A DNA stretch of 64,000 nt from an uncultured Collinsella sp. (lineage in GTDB: Bacteria; Actinomycetota; Coriobacteriia; Coriobacteriales; Coriobacteriaceae), in NCBI GenBank assembly GCA_900549345.1, contig UROC01000001.1:20432-84431 (forward strand). Reading direction: 5' to 3'. Of the stretch, positions 39,367 through 50,170 are shown piece by piece. Both the position numbers and the translations under genes were made by a program. Numbering within the stretch: position 1 is the stretch's first letter; every line of letters begins with the position of its first letter. The notes under the pieces are model-generated. The model searched no databases. It was not told the origin of the DNA and saw only the letters and a program-made list of their open reading frames with translations.

Positions 39367-41013
39367 CTATGCTTCATCCTTGCGATAGACGACGCGTCCG
39401 TTAAAGATCGTCGTCTCGACTTCGAGATCGCGAAGCGCCATCGGGTTCATTTCAAACGGATTGCCCGACAGGATGACGATATCGGCAAGCTTGCCGGCGG
39501 CAAGGCTGCCCAAACGGCGCTCAAAGCCCTCGACATATGCTGAGCCGAACGTGTGCGCTTGCAGCGTCTCGCCGAGCGTCAGGGCATTCTCGCGGAAGTA
39601 TCCCTCCGCCGGGTGCCCGTCAAACTCGCTACGCGTCACCGCAGCATACACGGTATCGATAGGATCGATTGACATCACCGCAGGCCAGTCAGTACCAAGC
39701 CCTAAGTGGATTCCGCCATCGGCCTCTTCCCTATAGCGCCACATGTGGCTCATGCGCTCTTCGCCAAGAGACTCCTCGTACACGCCCTGCCCAAGGCCTC
39801 CGATGGGATGCTGCGGCTGAATCGCAGCATTAATGCCCAGGCGCTTCATGCGAGCAATATCCTCGAGCTTCAGGTTATCTGTATGCTCGATAGCAAAACG
39901 CGCCCCCTTGTTGCCGCACACCTCCTCGGCACGCTCGACGGCATCGATAATCATCGTGGCCGACGCATCGCCGATGGCATGAATGCGAACATCGAAGCCA
40001 TTCTTGCTGGCCTCGAGCATCATGCGGTCAAGCGTCTCCTGGTTGCATGCTGGTTCGCCGCGAAAGTCCTTCCCCGTAGGAGCGTTAAGATACGGCTCAT
40101 GCATGTAGGCCGTGTACGCCTCGGGACAGCCGTCCAAAATGTACTTGAGGCCTGCCATTCGGACGCGCTCGCCGTGATGACGCACACGCAGGGCCTGCGA
40201 CTCTGCCATCGGAGCGTCGAGCGCAGAATAGTAGCTAATACGCAGCGTACTCAGGTCCTCGCTCGCCAGACGGTCATAGATGTCGTACACGCCGGGCGTG
40301 GTCACGCCCAAAGGATACATATCACCGATCGAAGTTATGCCGAGCTTGTTGAACTTGCGCATCGACTTGAGCAACGACGCATCAAGGTCCGGTTTGTTGA
40401 GCACAACATCGAGCAAGATGTTCGTCGCCTGGGGCTCGGATAAAAAGCCATTCGGCTCGCCGTTGTCAAAGTGGCGAATAAGACCACCTTCAGGCGTCGG
40501 TGTATTGCGATCGATACCAACCGCCCTAAGCGCGGCGGTATTGCACCACACCGCGTGCATCGAAAAATCCGAAAGCACGATTGGGCGGTCGATATCGAGT
40601 GCATCGAGGCTGCGGCAATCAGGGTCAATCGGGTTTTCCCATGCAGGCGAATACCAGCCCTGGCCGTAAATCCACGGATTGTCAGGGTGTTCGGCAGCAA
40701 ACTTTGCCACAGCATCCACGCAAGCCTGCTCACTCGGCAGGAACATCAGATCGCAACAGAAGTCTTCATCCTTCTGGATTGAACCAAGCGCAAAATGCAT
40801 GTGTGAATCGTTGAATCCGGGCATGACCAGTTTGTTGCCGGCGTCAATAACCTCAGTATCGGGACCGATAAACGGCTGCACCTTATCGGGAGAGCCCACG
40901 GCCACAATCTCGCTGCCACGAACTGCAACGCACCCAGCGCGAGGCTCAAGTTCCTCGGCCGTAAACAGCGCCGTCGTCTTAAGGACGATATCGGCAGGGA
41001 CTACCGCCTCCAT
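39367..41013 (-). CDS. Metal-dependent amidohydrolase (Amidohydro_3, YtcJ/NfdA-like)
   Basis: VMPGFNDSHMH, IHAIGD, IEH, GTDWP, GSLAAGKLADIVIL. Confidence 0.88.
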   Translation of the reverse strand: MEAVVPADIVLKTTALFTAEELEPRAGCVAVRGSEIVAVGSPDKVQPFIGPDTEVIDAGNKLVMPGFNDSHMHFALGSIQKDEDFCCDLMFLPSEQACVDAVAKFAAEHPDNPWIYGQGWYSPAWENPIDPDCRSLDALDIDRPIVLSDFSMHAVWCNTAALRAVGIDRNTPTPEGGLIRHFDNGEPNGFLSEPQATNILLDVVLNKPDLDASLLKSMRKFNKLGITSIGDMYPLGVTTPGVYDIYDRLASEDLSTLRISYYSALDAPMAESQALRVRHHGERVRMAGLKYILDGCPEAYTAYMHEPYLNAPTGKDFRGEPACNQETLDRMMLEASKNGFDVRIHAIGDASATMIIDAVERAEEVCGNKGARFAIEHTDNLKLEDIARMKRLGINAAIQPQHPIGGLGQGVYEESLGEERMSHMWRYREEADGGIHLGLGTDWPAVMSIDPIDTVYAAVTRSEFDGHPAEGYFRENALTLGETLQAHTFGSAYVEGFERRLGSLAAGKLADIVILSGNPFEMNPMALRDLEVETTIFNGRVVYRKDEA

Positions 41014-41015
41014 GG

Positions 41016-42227
41016 CTACTCACTGTCCTTAGCGACGGCGGCCTGCATGGCCTTGCGACCGAGCTCGGGCAGGAAGAAAACCGGAACCACGGAAAGCAGG
41101 AAGCAGAGGCTCTCGAGACCCATGTTCACAGTGTAGTCGGCACCAGCAACGGCAGAGATACCGATGGGCAGGAAATAGCTCATGAGCAGGGAGATGGTGC
41201 CCACGATACCGCCAGCGGAACCGGCATACTTATCACCAATCTCGGGAAGGAGAACAGGCATGGACTGCATAATCGGGCCGTTGATGGCGGTAAAGAAGCC
41301 ATTGATGACCAAAATCGTCCACAGAAGGAAGCCGACCGGGGTGTACCACGTCACGAACATCGATATGGCACCGATGAGAGTAGTGACGATGAGAAAACCC
41401 TTGAACTTTCCAAGCTTATCGCAGAACGCAGGCCCAACGATGCAGCCGAAAAAGCTGCCAACGGTAACAATTGCGGCCATGAAACCAGCAGTGGCGACGT
41501 CTATGCCCTTGCCAAGCTGAAGCGCCTGAGGCAGGAAACCGGCATAGGCAGTGGTAGAAGCAAGTCCAAAACCGACGCCAACGGAGATTAGCCATACGCC
41601 AGGACTCTTGATAGCAACCTTAAGGTAGTCGAGCACGGGCTCGGGTTCGGGGAGCGATTGCCCCTCGGGAACATCCCGGTCAAGCACAATCCAAAGAACC
41701 CAGGAGATGGTCATGACGACAGCAGCGACCATATAAGAGTTAAAGACGCTGCCGAACAAGCCAGCACAGATCTGAGCGACAACGATGGCAACGCACGAAG
41801 CCGCGTAGAACAAGCCCATGGCGAAACCAGTCTGTTCACGGAACCAGGTGCCGAGCACCTTGATGAGGTTGGCGTTGAGTGCCGAGATTCCCATGCCAAT
41901 CAGGAACATCGATGCCATCTGCATCGTGAACGAATCGAGCGTAAAGCAACGGAGAAAACCGCCGGCAACCGAAATTGCGGTGCAAACCGTGACAACTTTC
42001 TTAGAACCGATACGGTCACCAAGGGCACCCAGCGGAATTGAGAAGAAAACGGCGGTAAGCATAGGAACGAGGAACAGCATCGAAAAGCCGACGGTATCGA
42101 TATTGAGCATAGGCATGACCTCGACGGCGAGTGCTGAGACCTGGTACTGCATGTAGTTAGCCATAAAGCACAGCAAGCAAACGACTGAAACAATCGCCCA
42201 ACGCCATGAAGGAAGCTTCTCTTCCAT
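41016..42227 (-). CDS. MFS transporter
   Basis: About 12 TMs; GALGDRIGSKK motif A. Confidence 0.88.
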   Translation of the reverse strand: MEEKLPSWRWAIVSVVCLLCFMANYMQYQVSALAVEVMPMLNIDTVGFSMLFLVPMLTAVFFSIPLGALGDRIGSKKVVTVCTAISVAGGFLRCFTLDSFTMQMASMFLIGMGISALNANLIKVLGTWFREQTGFAMGLFYAASCVAIVVAQICAGLFGSVFNSYMVAAVVMTISWVLWIVLDRDVPEGQSLPEPEPVLDYLKVAIKSPGVWLISVGVGFGLASTTAYAGFLPQALQLGKGIDVATAGFMAAIVTVGSFFGCIVGPAFCDKLGKFKGFLIVTTLIGAISMFVTWYTPVGFLLWTILVINGFFTAINGPIMQSMPVLLPEIGDKYAGSAGGIVGTISLLMSYFLPIGISAVAGADYTVNMGLESLCFLLSVVPVFFLPELGRKAMQAAVAKDSE

Positions 42228-42428
42228 GATGACTCCTTTAATAAGTCGGAATAATCAAACAGCTTGGAGAACCGGGCCCTGGCTCTTAGGTATTCATATT
42301 TTGCGATTGGCCCCTCACCGAAACCATTCGGCTAACGGCTTATCATCATTCGAAAAAAGGAGTAGCATCTCTACGCAAATTAACTAAAATGCCAGCTAAA
42401 CCACTACGCAATCCCATCGGAGGTCATC

Positions 42429-43211
42429 TTGAGCTTTTTGTCCGATTCTGAATGGCTCTGCTTAAACGATCTCGTGCTTTCGATTAATTCCATCGACAGC
42501 GACCGCGAGTTTCGCTCGACCGTCCTCAAAAAGCTGCGTTTTCTCATCCCCTACGAGTCGGCTGCATTTTTCCTGAGCGACCTTTCCAGGGATCTCGTAT
42601 CCACCCCGCAAGAATGGAAAACGCGCGTCTTTCTTGACCCTCTTGGCATCGATGTCCCCGCTGGGATGCTCGAGCTCTACACCGAAAAGTACTGGCAGCA
42701 GGACATGATCGTCGCCCACCGCAATCTTACGCGCTCGACGGTGCTGCGCGAGTCCGATCAGCTCAGCCCTGGCGATATCGACAGCAGTTATATGAAGGAT
42801 TATCTTGGCGGCCGCCACGTCGTCAACGTCAGTTTCTTTAATGACGAGGGCTTTTTGGGATCGCTCAATCTTAATCGCAAGAAAAAAGAAGGCGACTTTA
42901 GCGATCGTGAAGTTCAAATCCTTGAGCTCATCGAACCGCACCTCACAAACCGACTATCAAAATGGCGTGTACGCGCCGACCGCAGTTCGTCTGAAATCGT
43001 ATTTGCTCACGACTACGACGTCTCAGCGCGCGAAATCGATGTGTGCCGTTGCGTGTTATCGGGCATGGACAATGCGGCCATCGCCGAAGAGCTATCCATC
43101 AGCACCGGCACCGTTAAAAAGCATCTGGAGAACATCTTTCGAAAAACACAGGTCAACAGCCGCGTTGGGCTCATGGCGCTCCTTCAGCAGTACACGGCGC
43201 TCAAGCAGTAA
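42429..43211 (+). CDS. LuxR-family transcriptional regulator with N-terminal GAF-like sensor
   Basis: C-terminal SAREIDV...IAEELSISTGTVKKHLENIFRK; FSDREVQIL linker; divergent from the MFS operon. Confidence 0.85.
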   Translation: MSFLSDSEWLCLNDLVLSINSIDSDREFRSTVLKKLRFLIPYESAAFFLSDLSRDLVSTPQEWKTRVFLDPLGIDVPAGMLELYTEKYWQQDMIVAHRNLTRSTVLRESDQLSPGDIDSSYMKDYLGGRHVVNVSFFNDEGFLGSLNLNRKKKEGDFSDREVQILELIEPHLTNRLSKWRVRADRSSSEIVFAHDYDVSAREIDVCRCVLSGMDNAAIAEELSISTGTVKKHLENIFRKTQVNSRVGLMALLQQYTALKQ

Positions 43212-43235
43212 GACCGTTCTCGCCCGCGAACCCGC

Positions 43236-44879
43236 TCACGCCCTATAAAACACGTTGTCGGCAAAGAAGTCGGCCGGCGGCTCCATGCAGGCAATCTCGC
43301 CATCGAACATCATGGCGATGTCGTCGGCGACCTGCTCAGCAAAGTCCAAATCGTGCGTAGCCATGATGACGGTGCCGCCAGCCTTCGCATGGTCACGCAG
43401 GGCGCGGGCGATGATGCGGCGGCTCTCCAGGTCCAAGCCCTTCGTGGGCTCGTCAAGCAGCAGCAGCTCGGGGCCAATCAGCAGCAGCTTTGCCAGCGCG
43501 AGCAGCTGGCGCTGTCCGCCCGAGAGGTCGTAGGGGTGACGCGTCTCCAGGCCGTCCAATCCCAGTTGCGCCGCACGCTCCCGCGCCAAGTTCTCGTCAT
43601 ATCCGCAGGTCGAGGCCCATTCCATCAGCTCATCGCGAACCGTCTCGGCAACCAGCAATGCTTTGGGATTCTGAGGCAACAGCGCCGCCGAGGCCGCTCC
43701 GCGCACCATGCGGCCGCGCTGCAGCTTGGCGGTCTTGGCCAGCACCGAAAGCATCGTCGACTTGCCGCAGCCGTTTCCGCCCACGACTGCATGCACCGCG
43801 CCAGCCGAAAACGACGCATCGAGCCCGCGCAGCACCCAACCGCCCGCGCGATCGTAGCGAAACCAGCCTTCCGACAGGGTGGCAGCCGACCCAGCGTGCA
43901 TTTTTTGGAGTATTCTGCTTCCATTCGTGCGCGGGAAGGCTTCCGAGCCGTTCTCGAGCGACGTTTGCGCCACAAATTCGGACGATTTGTCCAATTCCGA
44001 ACTTTTTTTCGCGCTCGATACGTCCCCGGGCGTCTCCAGAGAGTCCAAATTGTCCTCACGCCTGCTGAATACTCCGTTTTTTGCACATCGGATGGCACCC
44101 CACCCCAACATGTCATCGGAAAACAGCGATTCTCGGCGTCCCAAAGAAGCCATATCTGCCACCTCGCGCACGCGACCGTCCTCAATCCGGTACGCACACG
44201 TCGCGTATTCGAGCATTGGGCGCGGCTGATGCGTCGCCACAACAACCGTGCAGCCCAGCTCGCGATTCACACGAAACAGCGCGTGCAGGAAATTCTTCTC
44301 GGCAACGGGATCGAGCTGAGACGTGGGCTCGTCGAGCAGCAGCACGCGCGGGCGCAAGGCCAGCACGGCCGCCAACGACAGCAGCTGCTTGCGTCCGCCC
44401 GAAAGTGTATCGGTATCGCGGTGGAGCCAATCCTCCAGCCCAAAGAAATAGCTGGTCTCGGCTACGCGACGGCGCATCTCGTCGCGCGACATACCCAGAT
44501 TTTCCAGGCCAAACGCCATCTCGTGCCACACGGTTTCGCACACGATCTGGTTCTCGGGATCCTGGAACACATAGCCCACGCGCTCCGCCGATGCCCGCAC
44601 GTCCATGTCGGCAACGTTCTCGCCCAGCACGCGCGCATCACCAGTGCGCTCGCCCGCCGGAGCGATCTCGGGCTTGAGCAGCGAGAGTAGCGTCGATTTG
44701 CCCGACCCAGTACCACCAACCAGCAGTGCAAACGCACCTTGGGGAACAGACCAGTCGAGCTCGTCGAGTACCGGCGCCTCAGCCCCGGGGTAGGTAAAGC
44801 TCAGGCCCCGCACCTCAATCGCAGGCACATCGGAGCCGCACGCCCCGCCCGTTACCGAGCAGTTATCCAACCGGGTCAT
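43236..44879 (-). CDS. ECF transporter ATPase with two nucleotide-binding domains
   Basis: GGTGSGKS, VFQDPENQ, LSGG, DEPT; second set GGNGCGKS, LSGGQ, DEPT. Confidence 0.9.
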   Translation of the reverse strand: MTRLDNCSVTGGACGSDVPAIEVRGLSFTYPGAEAPVLDELDWSVPQGAFALLVGGTGSGKSTLLSLLKPEIAPAGERTGDARVLGENVADMDVRASAERVGYVFQDPENQIVCETVWHEMAFGLENLGMSRDEMRRRVAETSYFFGLEDWLHRDTDTLSGGRKQLLSLAAVLALRPRVLLLDEPTSQLDPVAEKNFLHALFRVNRELGCTVVVATHQPRPMLEYATCAYRIEDGRVREVADMASLGRRESLFSDDMLGWGAIRCAKNGVFSRREDNLDSLETPGDVSSAKKSSELDKSSEFVAQTSLENGSEAFPRTNGSRILQKMHAGSAATLSEGWFRYDRAGGWVLRGLDASFSAGAVHAVVGGNGCGKSTMLSVLAKTAKLQRGRMVRGAASAALLPQNPKALLVAETVRDELMEWASTCGYDENLARERAAQLGLDGLETRHPYDLSGGQRQLLALAKLLLIGPELLLLDEPTKGLDLESRRIIARALRDHAKAGGTVIMATHDLDFAEQVADDIAMMFDGEIACMEPPADFFADNVFYRA

Positions 44880-45772
44880 CAGCCAAACCTCTTCTCGTCA
44901 ATCGCGTGCAGCACACAGGGCAACACCATCCAAGCCGCGTACACAATATAGCCAGGCCACGGCGCCGGCACCGAAAGCTGCGGGTAAAACGAATACTGCG
45001 TCGTCGCGGTCCACGCCACCGCCACCGCGGCAGCACCAAGCAGCGCGAGCCCGACCAGCGCGGCAACGTCGCTGCACCCCAGTCGATACCGCGCATACGT
45101 CGTACGACGCGTCGCGGCACCCCACCCGCGCGAGCGCATCGCGTCCGCACGCTCCAGCGAATCTTCCATGCCCCAGCCCATCAACACGCTCGACGCCCGC
45201 AAGCGCGAGCGCACGGGGTCGGCCGGCGCGCGGCCCGGCACATCAATCGCATCCTGCACCGCCAACACCGTACGACCGCGGCGCAAAAACTGCGGGATAA
45301 GCCTCATGCACATCGAGATCATGAGCGCAATCACCGGTGCGGCATTGCCCAGCAGCGCGAGCACCTTGTCGTATTCGAGCATCGACGCCGCCGCCTCAAA
45401 CCACAGCACGCTCGCCACAAACAGCCCGCCCATGCACAGGCCGTATACCATGCTCTCCAGATACACCGCGCGCATGCCAATACGGAACAGCTCCGTCGAG
45501 CCCGAGGCGCTAAACAGCGGATTGAGCACCGCGACGATCAAAATCACCGGCAGCTGCCAGCGGAGCGCGCCCAGCGTGCGGGCAGCCCCACGCGTTGCAA
45601 ATCCATACGCCAGCCCGCCCGCAAGTGACAGCGCAATCAGTACCGGCTGCATCGAGAACATAGTGAGCCCCAGCGTCAGCACTATATAGAGTGCCGGCAC
45701 AGCCGGATGCGACATCGAGAATGCCGCGACGGGCTCGCCGCCAAACTCCTCTCGTATGTTGTCCACGGGCAC
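44879..45772 (-). CDS. ECF transporter transmembrane T component
   Basis: HPA motif, MRLIPQF, ADAMRSRGW conserved Arg motif; start uncertain (GTG). Confidence 0.85.
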   Translation of the reverse strand: MPVDNIREEFGGEPVAAFSMSHPAVPALYIVLTLGLTMFSMQPVLIALSLAGGLAYGFATRGAARTLGALRWQLPVILIVAVLNPLFSASGSTELFRIGMRAVYLESMVYGLCMGGLFVASVLWFEAAASMLEYDKVLALLGNAAPVIALMISMCMRLIPQFLRRGRTVLAVQDAIDVPGRAPADPVRSRLRASSVLMGWGMEDSLERADAMRSRGWGAATRRTTYARYRLGCSDVAALVGLALLGAAAVAVAWTATTQYSFYPQLSVPAPWPGYIVYAAWMVLPCVLHAIDEKRFG

Positions 45773-45965
45773 CCCCGTCCCCTCGCTCAAACAACAGCTC
45801 CGCAGCACCGCCAACGCCGCACGCAAGCAGTGCAAACGCCACGCCGGCGGCGCAAGCCTCAACCGCCGCAAACCAATCGTTACGCGCTCGTCATATGCCT
45901 GCGGTATCATATTGCGCCGTGTATCGTTTCCAAACACACGTCTCTATAACGTAACAGGAGATCAC

Positions 45966-47378
45966 ATGGACGCAACCGCAATTATCCTCGCTGCCGGCGA
46001 GGGCACCCGCATGAAGTCGAACCACTGCAAGGTTTCGCACAAGATCCTGGGTAAGCCCATGGTCCAGTGGATCGTCGACGCTACCATCAAGGCCGGCTGC
46101 AGCCGCGTCGTGGTTGTCATCGGCAGCCACGCCGACGAGATGCGCGCCCTCATCGACGGCGCCTACGCCAACAGCGCCACCAAGGTCGAGTGCGTCGAGC
46201 AGACCGAGCGTCTGGGCACCGGTCACGCCGTGAAGGTCGCGCTCGAGGCCTGTGGCATCACGCAAGGCCCCGTCGTGGTGCTCAACGGCGACCTGCCGCT
46301 CATCACCGCCGACACCGTCGCCAAGTTCGCGCAAACCGTCGCCACCGGCGAGCTCGCCTGCACCGTCATGACCATGACCCCGCCCGATCCTTTCGGCTAC
46401 GGCCGCATCAAGCTGGGCGCCGATGGTCAGATCGAGCGCATCATCGAGCAGAAGGACTGCACGCCCGAGCAGGCCGCCACGCTGCTGGAGTGCAACGCCG
46501 GCTGCTACGCCTTTGACGGCGCGCAGCTCGCCGCCCACATTAACGAGATCGGCAACGACAACGCGCAATCCGAGTACTACCTGCCCGACATGCTCGAGAT
46601 CCTCAAAGGCCACGGCCAGGCTGTCTCCATCTTCCACTGCGACGACTACCGCGACGGCCTGGGCGTCAACAGCCGCATCCAGCTCGCACAGCTCACCGCC
46701 ATCGCGCGCGACCGCATCAACGAGCACTGGATGGCCGAGGGCGTTACCTTCATCGACCCCACGCAGGCTTGGATCGGCCCCGACGCCACCATCGGCCGCG
46801 ATACCGTCGTATGGCCGCAGACGCACCTGATCGGCCACGTCACCGTGGGCGAGGAGTGCCAGCTTGGCCCCAACAGCCGCCTCACCGACACCACTGTCGG
46901 CAGCGGCTGCACCATCGATGAGACCATCGCCATCGAGGCCGTCATCGAGAACGGCGTCGACTGCGGCCCGCGCGCCTACCTGCGCCCGGGCACCCACATG
47001 CTCGACGGCTCCAAGGCCGGCACGCACGTGGAGATCAAGAAGTCCACGATCGGCGAGGGCTCCAAGGTGCCGCACCTGTCCTACATCGGCGACACCACCA
47101 TGGGCTCCGGCGTCAACGTGGGCGCGGGCTCCATCACCTGCAACTACGATGGCGTGCACAAGCACAAGACCGTCATCGGCAAGGACGCCTTCATTGGCTC
47201 CGACACCATGATGGTCGCGCCCGCCCAGATCGGCGACGGCGCGCTCGTGGCCGCAGGCTCCGTCATCACCGAGCCGGTCCCGGCAGACGCGCTCGGTCTG
47301 GGCCGCGCCCGTCAGGTAAATATTGAGGGCTGGGCCGCCGATTACCGCCGCCGCCTGCACGAGGACGACGAGGTATAA
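45966..47378 (+). CDS. glmU: Bifunctional UDP-GlcNAc pyrophosphorylase / glucosamine-1-phosphate acetyltransferase
   Basis: LAAGEGTRMKS, EYYLPD, HLSYIGD, NYDG, hexapeptide repeats; RBS aggag. Confidence 0.96.
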   Translation: MDATAIILAAGEGTRMKSNHCKVSHKILGKPMVQWIVDATIKAGCSRVVVVIGSHADEMRALIDGAYANSATKVECVEQTERLGTGHAVKVALEACGITQGPVVVLNGDLPLITADTVAKFAQTVATGELACTVMTMTPPDPFGYGRIKLGADGQIERIIEQKDCTPEQAATLLECNAGCYAFDGAQLAAHINEIGNDNAQSEYYLPDMLEILKGHGQAVSIFHCDDYRDGLGVNSRIQLAQLTAIARDRINEHWMAEGVTFIDPTQAWIGPDATIGRDTVVWPQTHLIGHVTVGEECQLGPNSRLTDTTVGSGCTIDETIAIEAVIENGVDCGPRAYLRPGTHMLDGSKAGTHVEIKKSTIGEGSKVPHLSYIGDTTMGSGVNVGAGSITCNYDGVHKHKTVIGKDAFIGSDTMMVAPAQIGDGALVAAGSVITEPVPADALGLGRARQVNIEGWAADYRRRLHEDDEV

Positions 47379-47570
47379 CGTTTTACCAAGCACAAAAGGA
47401 GCTGCTCCATGGGGGCGGCTCCTTTTTCTATCGTGACCTGCGCAACCGGATGAGTGGTCGGTTCGTGTCCGTTGGCGGTAAAGACGTTATCAGGACCCGA
47501 TAAACCCCGCCGCGCGGTTACAATGCAACAAGGCATCTATATGGCATTCGATGTATAAAGGAGAAGGGTA

Positions 47571-48557
47571 ATGCCGATTAATGATCCCGAGAAGTCGGAG
47601 AATATGCGCAAGTCCATCCGCGTGTATTCCGGTTCCTCCAACCGTCCCCTCGCTCAGAAGATTGCTGAGTACCTTGGGGTCGAGCTTTCGGGCCTTACGC
47701 TAAAGCAGTTCGCCAATGGTGAGATTTACGCCCGCTACGACGAGACCGTCCGCGGCGCCGACGTCTTCCTGATTCAGTCCGTGGCCGGCGGCAACGTCAA
47801 CGACATGCTCATGGAGCTGCTCATCGCCACCGACGCTGCCAAGCGCGCATCCGCCCGCTCCATCACCGCCGTTATCACCCACTACGGCTATGCCCGCCAG
47901 GACCGCAAGGCCGGCCCGCGCGAGCCCATCACCGCCCGCCTCGTCGCCAACCTGCTCGAGCGTGCCGGCGTCAACCGCATCATCACCCTCGACCTGCACC
48001 AAGGCCAGATCCAGGGCTTCTTCGATATCCCGGTTAACCACCTGTCCGCACTGCCGCTGTTTGGCCAGTACTACAACGACATGCACTTCGACACCGACAA
48101 CCTGGTTGTCGTCTCCCCCGACGTGGGTCGCGCCAAGGCCGCCAAGAAGCTGTCCGACATGCTCGGCTGCGACCTGGCCATCGCCCACAAGGGCCGTCCG
48201 CGCCACAACGCCGCCGAGGTCATGGGCATCATCGGTGACATCAAGGGTAAGACCTGCATCATCAACGACGACATGATCGACACCGCTGGCACCCTGTGCG
48301 CCAACGTCAAGGAGCTCAAGGCTATGGGCGCTGGCGACATCTACGTCTGCGCCACCCACGGCATCTTCTCCGGTCCGGCCATCGAGCGTCTGAACGACGC
48401 CCCCATCGTCGAGTGCGTCGTCACCGACGCCATCCCCGTCGAGGTCGGCGGCAAAATCAAGACCATCTCGGTCGCCGAGGAGTTCGCTCAGGCCATCTCC
48501 GCCGTTTACCACGAGGAGCCCGTCTCCACGCTCGTCGGCGGCGACTTCGCGCTGTAG
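47571..48557 (+). CDS. prs: Ribose-phosphate pyrophosphokinase
   Basis: FANGE, YARQDRK, DLHQGQIQGFF, VSPDVG, DDMIDTAGT. Confidence 0.97.
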   Translation: MPINDPEKSENMRKSIRVYSGSSNRPLAQKIAEYLGVELSGLTLKQFANGEIYARYDETVRGADVFLIQSVAGGNVNDMLMELLIATDAAKRASARSITAVITHYGYARQDRKAGPREPITARLVANLLERAGVNRIITLDLHQGQIQGFFDIPVNHLSALPLFGQYYNDMHFDTDNLVVVSPDVGRAKAAKKLSDMLGCDLAIAHKGRPRHNAAEVMGIIGDIKGKTCIINDDMIDTAGTLCANVKELKAMGAGDIYVCATHGIFSGPAIERLNDAPIVECVVTDAIPVEVGGKIKTISVAEEFAQAISAVYHEEPVSTLVGGDFAL

Positions 48558-48590
48558 TCCAACGCGTATCGCATCATCTTTGATGTTTTT

Positions 48591-48622
48591 AAAGGGTCGG
48601 AAGCTCGCTTCCGACCCTTTTT
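48591..48622 (+). terminator. Rho-independent terminator after prs
   Basis: aaagggtcggaagc-tc-gcttccgaccctttt stem with T-tail. Confidence 0.8.
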
Positions 48623-48642
48623 CTATTCCTCGCCAATCCGCC

Positions 48643-48847
48643 CTGGATAGTTAGTTCAGATACGTATTTTTTAAAGCTCCAAAGGTCCGTTCGGAGCCTT
48701 CTGAGCTCCCCGGCGGATGCCATGCCGCCCGAAGCTCATCGTTTTCGAGTACAACCGCCGCATATATTATCTTCAAATCGCCCTCGAAGGCCCTTAGAAA
48801 CACCTCGAACGCCCGCCGCCTTATACGTATCTGAACTAACTGTCCAG
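48643..48847. repeat. Family A inverted-repeat element (205 bp) upstream of the nuclease-like gene
   Basis: ctggatagttagttcagatacgtat (48643-48667) and atacgtatctgaactaactgtccag (48823-48847), 1 mismatch. Confidence 0.92.
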
Positions 48848-49009
48848 TAGCCATCGTCAACCTTCTCGGCAGAGCTCAATTTCCTGCAATCCCCTCAACC
48901 GATTCCACCGATTTCCTAACACCCGGCCGTTCATGGCGCCCAGCACCCCGCTGAGCGAAAAGAACGGTATGGCGGTCGCATTCTGCCGCCAACTTAGTAC
49001 GTTATAGCT

Positions 49010-50137
49010 ATGACGACCGTGATTTCACATTTCTCCGCCCTCCGCGCAATTCGTCGCGCACGACGGGCGTACTCTGCCCTACCCTGGAGCTCCATTGATA
49101 GTGAACAGCAAGCACAGGCCTTGGCTAGCTGCATTCCCAATAATGACGCGATAGACTTTGGCGCACTTTCGATACTCGACGCCTGGAATGAAGATGATTC
49201 CGAGCTGCTCGATCTTCTCGTTTCAAACGAAGGCAACCGACGCCCCGACAAGCGACTTCTTCAGCATATTCTCTCCGCTCCGCTTCCTGAAGGTGCAATT
49301 ATGCACGTCGAGGCCGACATCTACGCAACGTCTCCTGCCATGACAGCCATGCTTTGTTCTAAAAATGAATCAGTCGCCAAAACCTTGATGCTTCTCATGG
49401 AACTGGTCGGAACTTACTCCCTTCCTCCCGGGGCAACATACCCCATTGCCCATGACGACATCTGGCCCAAGGGCGATGGCTACGAAGCGACGGGCGATCT
49501 TGATTGCCTGGGCAACCAGTCAGCGGCCGAACAACAGAACGAAACCCGCTATGAACAGGCGCACTACAAATGCGAGCCCGCCACGACCATCGAAGAGCTC
49601 GAGGCGGTCGCACGGTTCGCCAAAAGTAGCTCATACGCCTCGTTTCGCACGGCAGTCAAACTCGCCCGGGCTGGATCCGCATCCCCAGCCGAATCCCTAA
49701 TGTTTGCCGTTCTCGGAGCGCCCATGCGCTTTGGCGGATTCGGATGTTGCAGCCTGCCCATGGGAGGCCTGCTACTCAACCATCGAATCGACTTCGATAC
49801 TCTTGCGGTCAACATGTCCTCGGGCATCCCCTATGCCATCTGCGACCTATATTGCCCGGCAGCCGGAGTCGACAACGAATACAACGGAATTGGGCATGAG
49901 CTTCAAAACGCTCGCATCCACGATGGCAATCGAAATAATGGCCTCAAGGCCATGGGCATCCACGTCCTGGTTATCAATCGCGACCAAATGAAAGACCTTG
50001 TTGCACTCGAAGCCTTCGCCCAAACGATGCATCGACTCGCAGGAGTCCGATTCCGGTACCGTATCAAGGGCTATCGCAAGCGTCAGGCCGCTTGGCTCAA
50101 CGCTCTGCGGGCCGGAACCGGCCTCGCGCCGGTCTAA
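49010..50137 (+). CDS. Hypothetical protein with probable C-terminal Vsr/DUF559-like PD-(D/E)XK nuclease domain
   Basis: LMELVGTY, GSASPAES, ICDLYCPAAGVDNEYNGIGH, DGNRNNGLKAMGIHVLVI resemble the D..E-Y-x-G..H..D..R..L...G..V pattern; no RBS, TACGTT 6 nt before the ATG. Confidence 0.7.
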   Translation: MTTVISHFSALRAIRRARRAYSALPWSSIDSEQQAQALASCIPNNDAIDFGALSILDAWNEDDSELLDLLVSNEGNRRPDKRLLQHILSAPLPEGAIMHVEADIYATSPAMTAMLCSKNESVAKTLMLLMELVGTYSLPPGATYPIAHDDIWPKGDGYEATGDLDCLGNQSAAEQQNETRYEQAHYKCEPATTIEELEAVARFAKSSSYASFRTAVKLARAGSASPAESLMFAVLGAPMRFGGFGCCSLPMGGLLLNHRIDFDTLAVNMSSGIPYAICDLYCPAAGVDNEYNGIGHELQNARIHDGNRNNGLKAMGIHVLVINRDQMKDLVALEAFAQTMHRLAGVRFRYRIKGYRKRQAAWLNALRAGTGLAPV

Positions 50138-50170
50138 ACGACGAATCACCCGTGCGCCGTCGAGCAGGGC

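Noticed and set aside
49010..50137. RAYT (HUH/Y1) transposase or Cas protein
   Set aside because: No HUH plus catalytic Tyr pattern and no Cas motifs; the sequence better fits a PD-(D/E)XK Vsr-like C-terminus
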